Positions 48,215 to 57,393 of a stretch of DNA of 64,000 nt are shown here, piece by piece. The notes below the pieces were generated by a model, which was given only the letters and a program-made list of their open reading frames with translations, did not search any database and was not told where the DNA came from. How positions within the stretch are numbered: the first letter of the stretch is position 1; every line of letters begins with the position of its first letter. The DNA comes from Candidatus Bathyarchaeota archaeon (lineage in GTDB: Archaea > Thermoproteota > Bathyarchaeia > Bathyarchaeales > Bathycorpusculaceae): contig CAWDYC010000003.1 in the NCBI GenBank assembly GCA_963806535.1, positions 384,001 to 448,000 on the forward strand, read 5' to 3'. A program made the translations under genes and the position numbers.

Positions 48215-50443
48215 TTACCGTTTAACTCTTTGGGGGGGTAAACGGACTATGAAAGTTGTGCCTTTTCCTTCGATGCTTTCAAAGGTTACTGTTCCGCCTA
48301 ATCCTTCAGTCATGCGTTTAACGACTGCTAAGCCAAATCCTTGACCCTTAGATTTTGTTGTCATCATAGGCGTGAAAAGCTTCGGTTTGACATCTTCGGG
48401 AATCCCAATTCCTGTATCTTTCACAGTTATCAAAATGTCATTAGTTTTCTTGTCAGTAAACGCGCGAATAGTAAGTTTTCCGCCATTAGGCATAGCTTGG
48501 ACTGCATTCAAAGTTAAATTGGAGAAAATACGCTTGAGATAGTCAGAGTCAGCCATAATTTTGTTTGCATTATCTTCAACTTTGACTTCCACTTTAATTT
48601 CTTTGGGAACCCCGTTTTTAGCCAGTATTTCATCGATTATCGATTTTACTTCTGTTTCTTGTGCCCGTGGGTTGAGAGGTCTAGCATAGTCTTGAAGATC
48701 GGCCACAATCTTGTTGATATACTCAATGTTTTTCTCAATCTCCGTCAAACTTTCAAGCGCATTCGTCTTGCATTCCGAATCTCGAACAGAAGCCAACTCA
48801 ACCTTGGCTAGATAAACGTCGCTTGTAATTGCCTGCAGAGGATTGCGAATATCATGCCCAACCATGCCAGCAGTAGCACCGATAGCAGCTAAACGCTCAG
48901 AATCCTGCAACTGTTTTTCCAGTTTTTTGCGTTCTGTTATATCATTAAAAAGAGAGCCAATTCTGCCTTTAGCGTATGAAAATTGATAAACATCAAACCA
49001 GCGCTTTAGGCTTTGGTTATAGTTAACCATATGCATAGGTATGCTTGTCTTGTCAACCTGTTCGTACGCATCAAACCAGTATTGCTCCAGGTCAGGCGCA
49101 AATTCTTTAGCTCTCTTACCAACTACAAAGTCTGCTTTAAGACCAGTTTGACGCTCGTATGCAGAGTTGACATTAAGAAATTTGAAATCCACCACTTTGT
49201 CATTGTCATATATTAGTTCAACTAGTTGAAATCCATCTTGACTGTTATCAAATATTTGGCGGTGAAGATGCTCGCTTTCCTCTAAGGCTTTTTCAGCTTT
49301 CTTTCGCTCATTGATGTCTCGGAATATTAGCACTACACCCGTGGTATTGCCTTCTTGGTCTTTTATTGGGGCTCCGCTGTCATCAATTGGAATCTCGGTG
49401 CCGTCTTTTCGAATCAGTACTGTGTGGTTAGCCAACCCTACAACAATGCCTTCTTTAAGGACTCGATCAACTGGGCTTTCAACATCAGCATGAGTCTGTT
49501 CGTTGACTATTTTGAATACGTCTTTCAACCCTTTTATCGAAGCCTCATTTAGTGTCCAACCGGTTAATTCTTCAGCGACTCCATTCATGAAAACAACGTT
49601 ACCTGACGTATCGGTAGCGATGACTGCATCACCTATACTTGAAAGAGTGGTCGCCCAGCGTTGCTCGCTTTCTCTAAGCGAAGCTTGAACCCGTTCCAGT
49701 TCAGTTTTAGAGGCAGTTACAGCTTTCAAGTCAGAGGTCATCTTGTTAAAAGCATGGGAGAGTTCGGTTATTTCGTTCTGTCCCTGTATTTCTATTTTGT
49801 AATCCAGATTTCCCAAGCCAATCGTACTAATTCCTTTCTGCAGTCCTGCAACCGAGTTTAGTGTCCTACGAAAAACCAAAAGATAAATTGTTAACAAGAA
49901 AGCTCCAAATGTTCCGACAAGCGATAAAATGAGCAGAGTGCTTGTAAAATTAGTTTGGTGAACTTGGTCGCTTATAGATTGTGATAGCTGAGAGGCGTCC
50001 GAAGTAAGTGTTTGACTTTGAAGAGCCATATTACTCCATCTGAATTGAAATGCAGGATCAATTCGAACACTCACATTTCTGGGAGAGTTGTGCAAGTAGG
50101 TAGTTACATCTTCAAACTGTGCGTTGAGGTTTTGGAAATCTTCTGCCACGTTGCCGACAAGCGTTTGCTGCTGATCGCCTTTGACATCTAAGCTCTGCAA
50201 ATCGCTCGAAAGCGAAGAAAGAATGGAATTCCATTTGGAAAGCTGCAGATCTTCCTGATAGAGAAAATAATCGATCGATACGCTGTTTAGGCTACTTGCT
50301 CCCCGTTCGATATTGCCTGAAATTACTTGCTGATTAGCCAGGTAAGCCGTTTGCTGTTCTGTATTTACAATTGAGGCGGCAATCATAATTAACACGATTG
50401 TGAAAGCGATTATGCAAATTATGAATTGAGTTTTTATTCGCAT
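48215..50443 (-). CDS. Membrane sensor histidine kinase (2 TM, HAMP, 2 PAS, HisKA, HATPase)
   Basis: GHDIRNPL H box, NLTLNAVQA, DTGIGI, GQGFGL; PAS motifs SIGDAVIATD and VNSAYE. Confidence 0.93.
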   Translation of the reverse strand: MRIKTQFIICIIAFTIVLIMIAASIVNTEQQTAYLANQQVISGNIERGASSLNSVSIDYFLYQEDLQLSKWNSILSSLSSDLQSLDVKGDQQQTLVGNVAEDFQNLNAQFEDVTTYLHNSPRNVSVRIDPAFQFRWSNMALQSQTLTSDASQLSQSISDQVHQTNFTSTLLILSLVGTFGAFLLTIYLLVFRRTLNSVAGLQKGISTIGLGNLDYKIEIQGQNEITELSHAFNKMTSDLKAVTASKTELERVQASLRESEQRWATTLSSIGDAVIATDTSGNVVFMNGVAEELTGWTLNEASIKGLKDVFKIVNEQTHADVESPVDRVLKEGIVVGLANHTVLIRKDGTEIPIDDSGAPIKDQEGNTTGVVLIFRDINERKKAEKALEESEHLHRQIFDNSQDGFQLVELIYDNDKVVDFKFLNVNSAYERQTGLKADFVVGKRAKEFAPDLEQYWFDAYEQVDKTSIPMHMVNYNQSLKRWFDVYQFSYAKGRIGSLFNDITERKKLEKQLQDSERLAAIGATAGMVGHDIRNPLQAITSDVYLAKVELASVRDSECKTNALESLTEIEKNIEYINKIVADLQDYARPLNPRAQETEVKSIIDEILAKNGVPKEIKVEVKVEDNANKIMADSDYLKRIFSNLTLNAVQAMPNGGKLTIRAFTDKKTNDILITVKDTGIGIPEDVKPKLFTPMMTTKSKGQGFGLAVVKRMTEGLGGTVTFESIEGKGTTFIVRLPPQRVKR

Positions 50444-50452
50444 CTTGCTACC

Positions 50453-51476
50453 TCAAGGAGTTATGGTGACTGACTCAGGTTTCACTGAAGCCAAGCCATT
50501 TATGTATACGTAGTTGGTGAAGTCAGGAATCACAGTTTGGTTAGTAAGATTGTTGCTTATTAGCCATCTTGCTTCGCTCTCCATGGCTTGGATAAGCGCT
50601 GGGTCAAGGGAGAGAGCGTACTGGTTCTGAGCCCAGACAGTCTCCATGTATGTATCGGTAAAATTCATCTGTTGCTTGACAATAATCTTAGCTTCAGCTG
50701 GATGATTGACCGTAAACGTTTCAGCTTGGGATAGCGCCCTAAGAAAACTGATGCAAAGTTTAGGGTGCCCTTCAATCCATGCGTTTGTCGCGATAACTTG
50801 CGTAAACTGCGGTTGGTTACTGTTTATTGACCAAACGACTGCATTAGCGCCTAGAACCATCCTTTGCTGAATTTGCATATGGTTGAGCTGTAGCAACCGC
50901 ATCAATAGATCCGTTTACAACGGCGTTAACCCAATCTGTTGGTGTTCTCAGATTAACAATCGTAACATCTTCAGTTTTCAATCCGTTCAAAACCAAAAAT
51001 CTACCCAAATAATATTGAGCTATTGTTCCAAAAGTGGTTCCAATTGTCTTTCCCTTTAAGTCCAAAACATTGTTGATTCCTCTATCTTCCCTTGCAACAA
51101 GATAGACAAAATTACTCTTTGAAATAGTTGCCATTGTTTGCACGGTTTCTTGATTTAATGCCCTTACGACAAGAGGAAACTCAGATGGACCGACAGCAAT
51201 GTCTGCTTCGCCATTAATTACTCCATTAAGTGCACCTGCACCGGAATCATATTTGTGAGTAGTTATGTTAAGGCCATTCTGAGTGAAGAATCCCTGATCT
51301 TGAGCAACCCAAAAAAGAGCTAGAGATTCAAATGGCGAGTACGCGACATTAATTGACTCCAATTTACCATTGTTGGGTGTTTGGGAATTGAGGTAGACAA
51401 ACGAACTAAGGATAATAACTACAATTAAGACGCCCACAACTATTGCTATGATATTTCGCTTTTTGTGTAATGCCAT
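50453..51476 (-). pseudogene. SsuA/NMT1-like solute-binding protein, one frameshift near 50855
   Basis: N-terminal TM, VAQDQGFFTQNGL, DLKGKTIG, GSIDA; continues in the next frame as LGANAVVW...FLRAL. Confidence 0.85.
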
Positions 51477-51547
51477 CTAAGATGCCTACAGACTGCAAAC
51501 TTACCTCTATCTAGCACGGCAAAGGTATTTATTATTATTCAAAAAAG

Positions 51548-52030
51548 TTAGAAATCAATCTTATCAGGACTTGAGCAGTCACTCTCAGTTTTACCCCATG
51601 AATCCACAGCGAAACTGGTAAGAGCCCAATGCCATCCTCGCTTCTCGACAATTTGTTCTCCAAATTCATTCTGTAATCGCTTGTTCATTCGTAGAATTCT
51701 CCGACTAATTTGATGGCGGGTAACTAAAACATTCTATTTTAATCTGCAAATCTTTAGGCAACAAACCCGGAGAACCAACTTCATAGAGTTGCTGAAGGAT
51801 TTCTTTATAGAAACTCATCTTTGCAAGCTATGCGCTCGATTAGGGGTTTTTCGAAATTGAAAGAATCCTTCATTCCAGCAAAAATTGTTCACAGCATGAG
51901 TTTAACCTCTTCTATCTCTGGACGACGCTTGTTTGAGTAGTTGTTGATTGTATTTCAAACGACCTATCTTGTCGCTTTGGTTGTGCTTCTTTTTGATGTC
52001 TTGATCGTTATTTTGAAACAAAAATGTAAT
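51548..52030 (-). pseudogene. Fragmented winged-HTH gene of the integrated element
   Basis: Pieces across frames: SDKIGRLKYNQQLLKQ / EIEEVKLML*TIFAGMKDSFNFEKPLIERIACKDE / KEILQQLYEVGSPGLLPKDL / VTRHQISRRILRMNKRL...IVEKRGWHWALTSF. Confidence 0.65.
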
Positions 52031-52103
52031 AGGTTCATGTGGAGTCTACTCAAGAATGGTTTTTCAAAGACATCAATTCGTTTTCTTAATAACAGGTCTT
52101 ATG

Positions 52104-52135
52104 GGATTCGCTTAAACTATTAAGCAAATCCCAGC
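52104..52135. repeat. 32-bp palindromic site, inverted copy of 48070-48101
   Basis: GGGATTCGCTTAA-ACTA-TTAAGCAAATCCC, about 40 bp downstream of the tRNA. Confidence 0.85.
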
Positions 52136-52174
52136 CAAAAAGTGAACAGAAACACAACTTTAACATATTAAGGA

Positions 52175-52252
52175 TGGCGGGCCCGCTGGGATTTGAACCC
52201 AGGATTCCCGGCTCCGCAGGCCGATGCCTTGTCCGTACTAGACTACGAGCCC
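52175..52252 (-). tRNA. tRNA-Arg(GCG), intronless, CCA encoded
   Basis: GGGCTCG TA GTCT AGTACGGACA AGGC A TCGGC CTGCGGA GCCGG GAATC CTGGG TTCAAAT CCCAG CGGGCCC G CCA folds as a full cloverleaf. Confidence 0.97.
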
Positions 52253-52424
52253 ATATAGATTTACCCAGAAACAAAAAGGGCAGAATAGTAAATACTTTGC
52301 TTAAACTTAAAAATAGTGGTACTATCTTTCTTCAAAAAATTGTTTTTGAATTAAGTGCTTTATCTTAAGTTTAACAAAAAGATAAATAGCTTAAAGAAAA
52401 AATAAAATCATTTGTTGACGAGTA

Positions 52425-53741
52425 ATGCAGAAATTTTTCAGGCAAATAATTGCTATCGCAATCCTCTTTTGCCTTCTTATTTGCTCGCCTTTACTTTCTA
52501 ATGGTTTTTCCAAAGGATTAACGCAAGATTCTTGGGCAATGTTTCGGCACGATGTGCAACATACGGGTTTTTCAACTTCCGCTGGACCAACTTCAAACCA
52601 AACACTTTGGAAACATTCAACTGGAGGGCAAGTTTGGTCTTCTCCTTCGGTTGCCGATGGAGTAGTGTATGTTGGTTCGTTTGACCATAAAATTTATGCT
52701 TTGAACTCGTCAACGGGCGATGTTATTTGGATTTTTAAAACAGGGGGTGAAGTCTATTCTTCGCCTGCAGTTTTCAATGGTGTTGTCTATGTAGGCTCAT
52801 TTGACCACGACATTTATGCAATTAATGCATCTACAGGAATTAAATTGTGGAACTTTACAACTGGAGGAGCAGTATTTTCTTCTCCCGCTGTTGTCGATGG
52901 ATCCTTGTTTTTCGGTTCAGACGACAGCTATATATACGCTTTAAATGCTCACTCAGGCCAGCTTCTTTGGAGTTATAAAACAGGAGACAAAGTGCAGTCT
53001 TCAGCAGCATTTTCAAACGGCTTGGTCTATATTGGTTCAAACGATACACGCATTTACGCCTTAAATGCCACCAATGGCAAGCAAATATGGCATTTTACAA
53101 CAGGAAGCTATGTGGCTTCTTCCCCAGCAGTCGCCGAAGGCGTGATTTATGTGGGCTGCTTTGATAACAGAACCTACGCTTTGAACGCTAGTACCGGAGC
53201 TCTGTTATGGAATCGTACAACTGGTTACGACATATGTGTGCAGTCTTCTCCCGCAGTTAACGGCAACTTAATTTACACAGGCACCTCAGGATTGCTCTCA
53301 TTAAGTATGTCACCATCTGCTAATCCATCTGATACTTCAAATGGCGACAAAATATATGCATTAAACAAAACAACAGGAACGGTTGTCTGGAGTTTTGCTA
53401 CAGGCGGAGGAGTTTGGTCTTCCCCAGCTGTTTCAATTAACTCGGTCTACGTGGGCTCGGGCGATGGTAAACTGTACGCTCTAAACGCTATCACAGGCGT
53501 TGTTCAATGGAGGTATCAAACAAACGGAGCTATTTACTCTTCTCCAGCCATTTTTGGTGGCATCGCCTATGTGGGTTCTAGTGACGACACTGTCTATGCA
53601 ATTGGTTTACCTTCCCAAGCAACTAGCTCTAACACGAGTCCGAGCGTTTGGATAATTATTGTTGGATCCGTTATTGCAACGTTTTTAGCGGCAACGACTT
53701 TGTTGTTAATACTAAGAAAGCGACGGAAGACGGAAGCTTGA
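52425..53741 (+). CDS. Secreted PQQ-type beta-propeller protein with a C-terminal membrane anchor
   Basis: Signal peptide, WAMFRHD, eight W.F.TG..V.SSPAV..G.VY.GS.D..YALNA.TG repeats, TM helix followed by RKRRK. Confidence 0.92.
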   Translation: MQKFFRQIIAIAILFCLLICSPLLSNGFSKGLTQDSWAMFRHDVQHTGFSTSAGPTSNQTLWKHSTGGQVWSSPSVADGVVYVGSFDHKIYALNSSTGDVIWIFKTGGEVYSSPAVFNGVVYVGSFDHDIYAINASTGIKLWNFTTGGAVFSSPAVVDGSLFFGSDDSYIYALNAHSGQLLWSYKTGDKVQSSAAFSNGLVYIGSNDTRIYALNATNGKQIWHFTTGSYVASSPAVAEGVIYVGCFDNRTYALNASTGALLWNRTTGYDICVQSSPAVNGNLIYTGTSGLLSLSMSPSANPSDTSNGDKIYALNKTTGTVVWSFATGGGVWSSPAVSINSVYVGSGDGKLYALNAITGVVQWRYQTNGAIYSSPAIFGGIAYVGSSDDTVYAIGLPSQATSSNTSPSVWIIIVGSVIATFLAATTLLLILRKRRKTEA

Positions 53742-53761
53742 GTAGCTAAAACGCTAAATTG

Positions 53762-55363
53762 CTAACTTTTGTCTATCACCCTCTTTAAAGCCGCAATCAC
53801 GTTTTGTTTACCCATTGCAAGTACATAGGGACCTAAACGTGGACCTTGCGGTGCCCCCATCAAAATCTTATAGAGTGTTTTGAAGAAACCACTAGGGGAT
53901 ATGCCGTTAGTTTTTGCGGAATTAAAGATGGCGTTCTGTATTTTGTCAGGTTCAGTCTCGTTTTCCAATTGCGGGATTAACTCAGTTATGGCTTTTTTCT
54001 CTTCGCTTGAGAGATTAACATCTGTTTCTTTGATTTCTTCAAAGTCCCTTATCCAGTTTAATGCGTATTCAATTCTTTGGTTCAAATTCTCATCCAAGAC
54101 TTGGGCGTTTTGGAGGTAGCCGTAGCTTTGTAGTTTCTCAGTAACGTAGTTTTCTAGGCATTCTTTGGGCGCCATTTTAATTAGAAACGCCATCAAGTTA
54201 TAGGGAACGTGAATGCTGGGTTTCGCTGGCGGTTTCATGACATAGCAGTACTCAAATAAACCTCGAAGTTTGGCCGCTTCTTTTTCGGCGGCTTGTTTCT
54301 TGCCAAAATAGAGGTCTTCAAGATAGTCAAGTTCATTCATGTAAGCAGGAATATCGGATACGTCTATTGTTCGGGTGCCGACAAATCTTTTCAGCATTAA
54401 CAAAAGCAGCGATTGGGGAGAACCATATTGGAACCAAACTTGTGGAGTGAAAACGTTACCTGCGGATTTAGAAATTTTTTTTCCGCCTTTGTCAAGAAAC
54501 ATTTCGTATTGGGCATGCGAAGGAGGTTCAAAACATAGAACTTCGCGGCAAATACGGTCATTGATGCGTACGGAGTCGGCGATGTCTTTGCCAAAAGCTT
54601 CAAATCTTATATCTAATGCTTTCCAGCGGGCTGCAAATTCGCTTTTCCAAGTGAGTTTGCCTTCGCCGCTTTTTATGTCCACTTCGCCTTCGTGACCGCA
54701 GCCTGCAAGTAGTCTCCCCCGGATTTCAAGGCCTTCGCATTTATATGAGACCTTGTCGGTTTTTGGATCAAACTTATAGGCTCTGGTAGTGTAGAGACGC
54801 CCACATTGCTCACAAACAGCGAAAAACGGCAAAACCTCAGTATAAGTTTCTTGACCCACCTCTTCCTTCACGATTTCGCCGACCTTTTTGGCGTTAATAA
54901 GAATGGTTCGAATTTCGTCCAAAAGCAATCCTTGTTCATATACCTCTTTTGCTGAGTAATACTTGTATTCTATTCCGCATTTGTCAAGGGCGTCCAGGAG
55001 CAGAGAGCTCATGTGTTTGCCATAGCTTTCATGACAACCGAACGGGTCGGGTATAGAGGAGACTGAATATCCCAGGTATTTTTCCAAGTCCTTAGAGAGG
55101 CCTGCGGGAACCTTGCGTAAACCATCTTTATCGTCGCAGAAAGCAACAAGTTCAGAATTACACGCTAAGTTTTTCAACGCCAATGTAACTGTGTAGCTCC
55201 TGGACGCATCACCTAAACTGCCGATATGAGGGAACCCTGAAGCGCCTAGCCCCATCTCTGTTCGCAGTTTACTCATGTCTCTGTTTAGCGATTGTTCTCT
55301 GTAGATGACTTTTTTCGCCATCATGTCGTACCATGTGCCGCGTCCAATAGTTTCTTCACTCAT
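53762..55363 (-). CDS. lysS: Class I lysyl-tRNA synthetase
   Basis: ASGFPHIGS, DDKDGLRKVP, KISKSAGN, GPRLG. Confidence 0.95.
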   Translation of the reverse strand: MSEETIGRGTWYDMMAKKVIYREQSLNRDMSKLRTEMGLGASGFPHIGSLGDASRSYTVTLALKNLACNSELVAFCDDKDGLRKVPAGLSKDLEKYLGYSVSSIPDPFGCHESYGKHMSSLLLDALDKCGIEYKYYSAKEVYEQGLLLDEIRTILINAKKVGEIVKEEVGQETYTEVLPFFAVCEQCGRLYTTRAYKFDPKTDKVSYKCEGLEIRGRLLAGCGHEGEVDIKSGEGKLTWKSEFAARWKALDIRFEAFGKDIADSVRINDRICREVLCFEPPSHAQYEMFLDKGGKKISKSAGNVFTPQVWFQYGSPQSLLLLMLKRFVGTRTIDVSDIPAYMNELDYLEDLYFGKKQAAEKEAAKLRGLFEYCYVMKPPAKPSIHVPYNLMAFLIKMAPKECLENYVTEKLQSYGYLQNAQVLDENLNQRIEYALNWIRDFEEIKETDVNLSSEEKKAITELIPQLENETEPDKIQNAIFNSAKTNGISPSGFFKTLYKILMGAPQGPRLGPYVLAMGKQNVIAALKRVIDKS

Positions 55364-55439
55364 AACTTTGAACCTTCAGAAACATGACTGTACATTGGAA
55401 TAGAAAAATGTTTAGAGCCCAAAAAAGGCTCACATTGGT

Positions 55440-55781
55440 TTATTTCTTTCTTCTCAGCGCAGACGCAATTGCTATGCCGCCAAACGCGAGCAATATCAAC
55501 GCCAACGAATACAACCAGTCGTATGAGAATAGGAACCAAGCGCCGCCAAGGACGATCAAGCCTAAACCCATTGCCATAGTGCTAAATGAACTACGTTCAT
55601 ATTTCTGTGGGCTGGCTCCTCGCAAAGCTCCCAACGCCAAGATCCAGATGCCGAAAAGAGCAAGAACCAGCGGTGGGAATAGTGACCACTTAATGACGTT
55701 TGTAGCTACAAGTAATATGGCTGCCACAAGGATTATGCAGAAAACGCCTATGGTCAGCATTTGGCGTCTACTTTCAGACAT
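55440..55781 (-). CDS. Small four-TM membrane protein
   Basis: Four hydrophobic segments; last gene before lysS in a tightly packed minus-strand run. Confidence 0.75.
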   Translation of the reverse strand: MSESRRQMLTIGVFCIILVAAILLVATNVIKWSLFPPLVLALFGIWILALGALRGASPQKYERSSFSTMAMGLGLIVLGGAWFLFSYDWLYSLALILLAFGGIAIASALRRKK

Positions 55782-55793
55782 TCATAGGCCTTC

Positions 55794-56780
55794 TTACGAT
55801 ATTGTTGCACCGCACTCTGGGCAGAACTTCGAGCTTGCAGGGATTGAATGACCGCATTTGGGGCAGTTAATTGTTGCTTGCGATGGAGGTGTAAGATTGG
55901 TTCCGCATTCTGGACAGAACTTGGATGTTGCTGGAACGTGTGCGCCGCATTTGGGGCAAATCACGAGGGCTGCTGTAGGAGCTTGCGCCTGTACTTGACC
56001 GGCTGAATTCATAATTTGTGGAATAAGCACCATGCCTGTGCCTAAACCGGCGCCGCCACCGCCGCCTGATGCGCCTAGCGATGCGGCTGCGCTCTTTACT
56101 GTTTCCATTCTCAGTACAGTGTCTGCTGGGGTGCTTCCAGTTTTAAGCCAGAATAGCCTCTCTCGGTATTCAGGTGTGGTGTCGATGCCTTCAAAACGTA
56201 GGTCAGTTAATTCGATGCCTAAACGTTTGAAGTAGTCCAAGACCGAGTTCTTAACAATGATTGACGTTTCTTGGAGCCTGGTGAAGACTGTAACCAGGTC
56301 GTAGTGCGAGAGTTCAGAGATTATCTTTTCGTTTAGAAAACCCCTCAAGAAGTTGTTAACGTCTTCTGTTGTGAAAGCGTTTTGTCCACCTACAACCTCG
56401 TTAACGAACAGTGTAGCATCTTCAATTTTGAATAAGAATTGCCCGAATACTTTGAGTGGAGCCAATTCAGTGGTTTGTGCACTTGTTCCCCATTTGCCGT
56501 TGAAAACTTTTGTGCTAATGTAGAGGACCATCGCCTTAAACGGTTTATTGCCGCCGAAGCCTGCGATTCGAGTTAGCAAACTTGTTAGCAGAGGCAGATT
56601 CAACGTTGTTAGTGTGTGTCTTCCGGCGCCGAAAACATCATAGGCTTTGCCATCCCTGAAGAACACTGCCATTTCGTATTCATGTACGATTAGTTGCGCG
56701 CCCCATGTAATGTCTTCAACTGGGTATTTGTAGATTATAGCATCAGGGGCTGCATTTGTCCATTCAATTACTTGTGGCAT
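55794..56780 (-). CDS. SPFH (band 7)-domain protein with a double zinc ribbon (YdjI-like)
   Basis: GAQLIVHEYEMAVFFRDGK...GRHTLTTLNLP, KWGT, Gly-rich linker, four CxxC pairs. Confidence 0.88.
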   Translation of the reverse strand: MPQVIEWTNAAPDAIIYKYPVEDITWGAQLIVHEYEMAVFFRDGKAYDVFGAGRHTLTTLNLPLLTSLLTRIAGFGGNKPFKAMVLYISTKVFNGKWGTSAQTTELAPLKVFGQFLFKIEDATLFVNEVVGGQNAFTTEDVNNFLRGFLNEKIISELSHYDLVTVFTRLQETSIIVKNSVLDYFKRLGIELTDLRFEGIDTTPEYRERLFWLKTGSTPADTVLRMETVKSAAASLGASGGGGGAGLGTGMVLIPQIMNSAGQVQAQAPTAALVICPKCGAHVPATSKFCPECGTNLTPPSQATINCPKCGHSIPASSKFCPECGATIS

Positions 56781-56781
56781 T

Positions 56782-57324
56782 TTAACTCGCTCCCATAATT
56801 ACTTCATTACGTTGATCAAATGTGTTTTCTAAACTTTCCAGTTTATCAGTTACACTTTGAACTCTGACCTTAAGGTTTGAAGTGTTGCCGCTGGCTAAAT
56901 CTACTTTAAAAGCATCGATTTCTGTAACCAACGCATTTATGTTGTCCATAAGTTTGTTATCAAAGTCTATCATCCTGTCAAGGCTATCTTCTTTAACTTT
57001 GACGGCGTCATAGAAACCGCTGTACCCTTCAGAAGCATGATTTATTTTTTCAACCACGCGATCCATTTTTGCTAACAAACGATCCATGTCAGTTAGAACA
57101 TCGAAGTATCTTCGATCAGCCAGCTTTTGTGAAATTTCCCTTAAATCATTCTTTTCAGTAGACAGTTTCAGGTAAAGATGATTCCTGACTAACCTGTCGC
57201 TTTCACGACGAATTTCTTTTTCTTTGTAGCCGCGAAAACCTGGAACAAAAGCGGCTATGCGCTCAGAGAGGCGCATTTGACCTTTTACGTCTGAATATAC
57301 ATCGTTTTTCTCACTCATTGTCAT
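56782..57324 (-). CDS. Conserved helical hypothetical protein
   Basis: PGFRGYKEKEIRRESDRLVR, GYSGFYD, amphipathic helices. Confidence 0.75.
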   Translation of the reverse strand: MTMSEKNDVYSDVKGQMRLSERIAAFVPGFRGYKEKEIRRESDRLVRNHLYLKLSTEKNDLREISQKLADRRYFDVLTDMDRLLAKMDRVVEKINHASEGYSGFYDAVKVKEDSLDRMIDFDNKLMDNINALVTEIDAFKVDLASGNTSNLKVRVQSVTDKLESLENTFDQRNEVIMGAS

Positions 57325-57393
57325 ATCTCCGTCTTTTTTAGTATTCGTTGATATTAAAGGCTCGCTTTTAAAGTTTGTTAGAGTAAATGGAGC

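Larger units (their letters stand above)
48060..52192. mobile_element. Decayed islet integrated at the 3' end of tRNA-Arg(GCG)
   Basis: 18-bp direct repeat TGGCGGGCCCGCTGGGAT at 48060-48077 and 52175-52192; contains pseudogenes and no intact integrase. Confidence 0.85.

Noticed and set aside
52600-53605. Roughly 120-bp periodic repeats
   Set aside because: Explained by the PQQ propeller blades; not a non-coding array or diversity-generating element.
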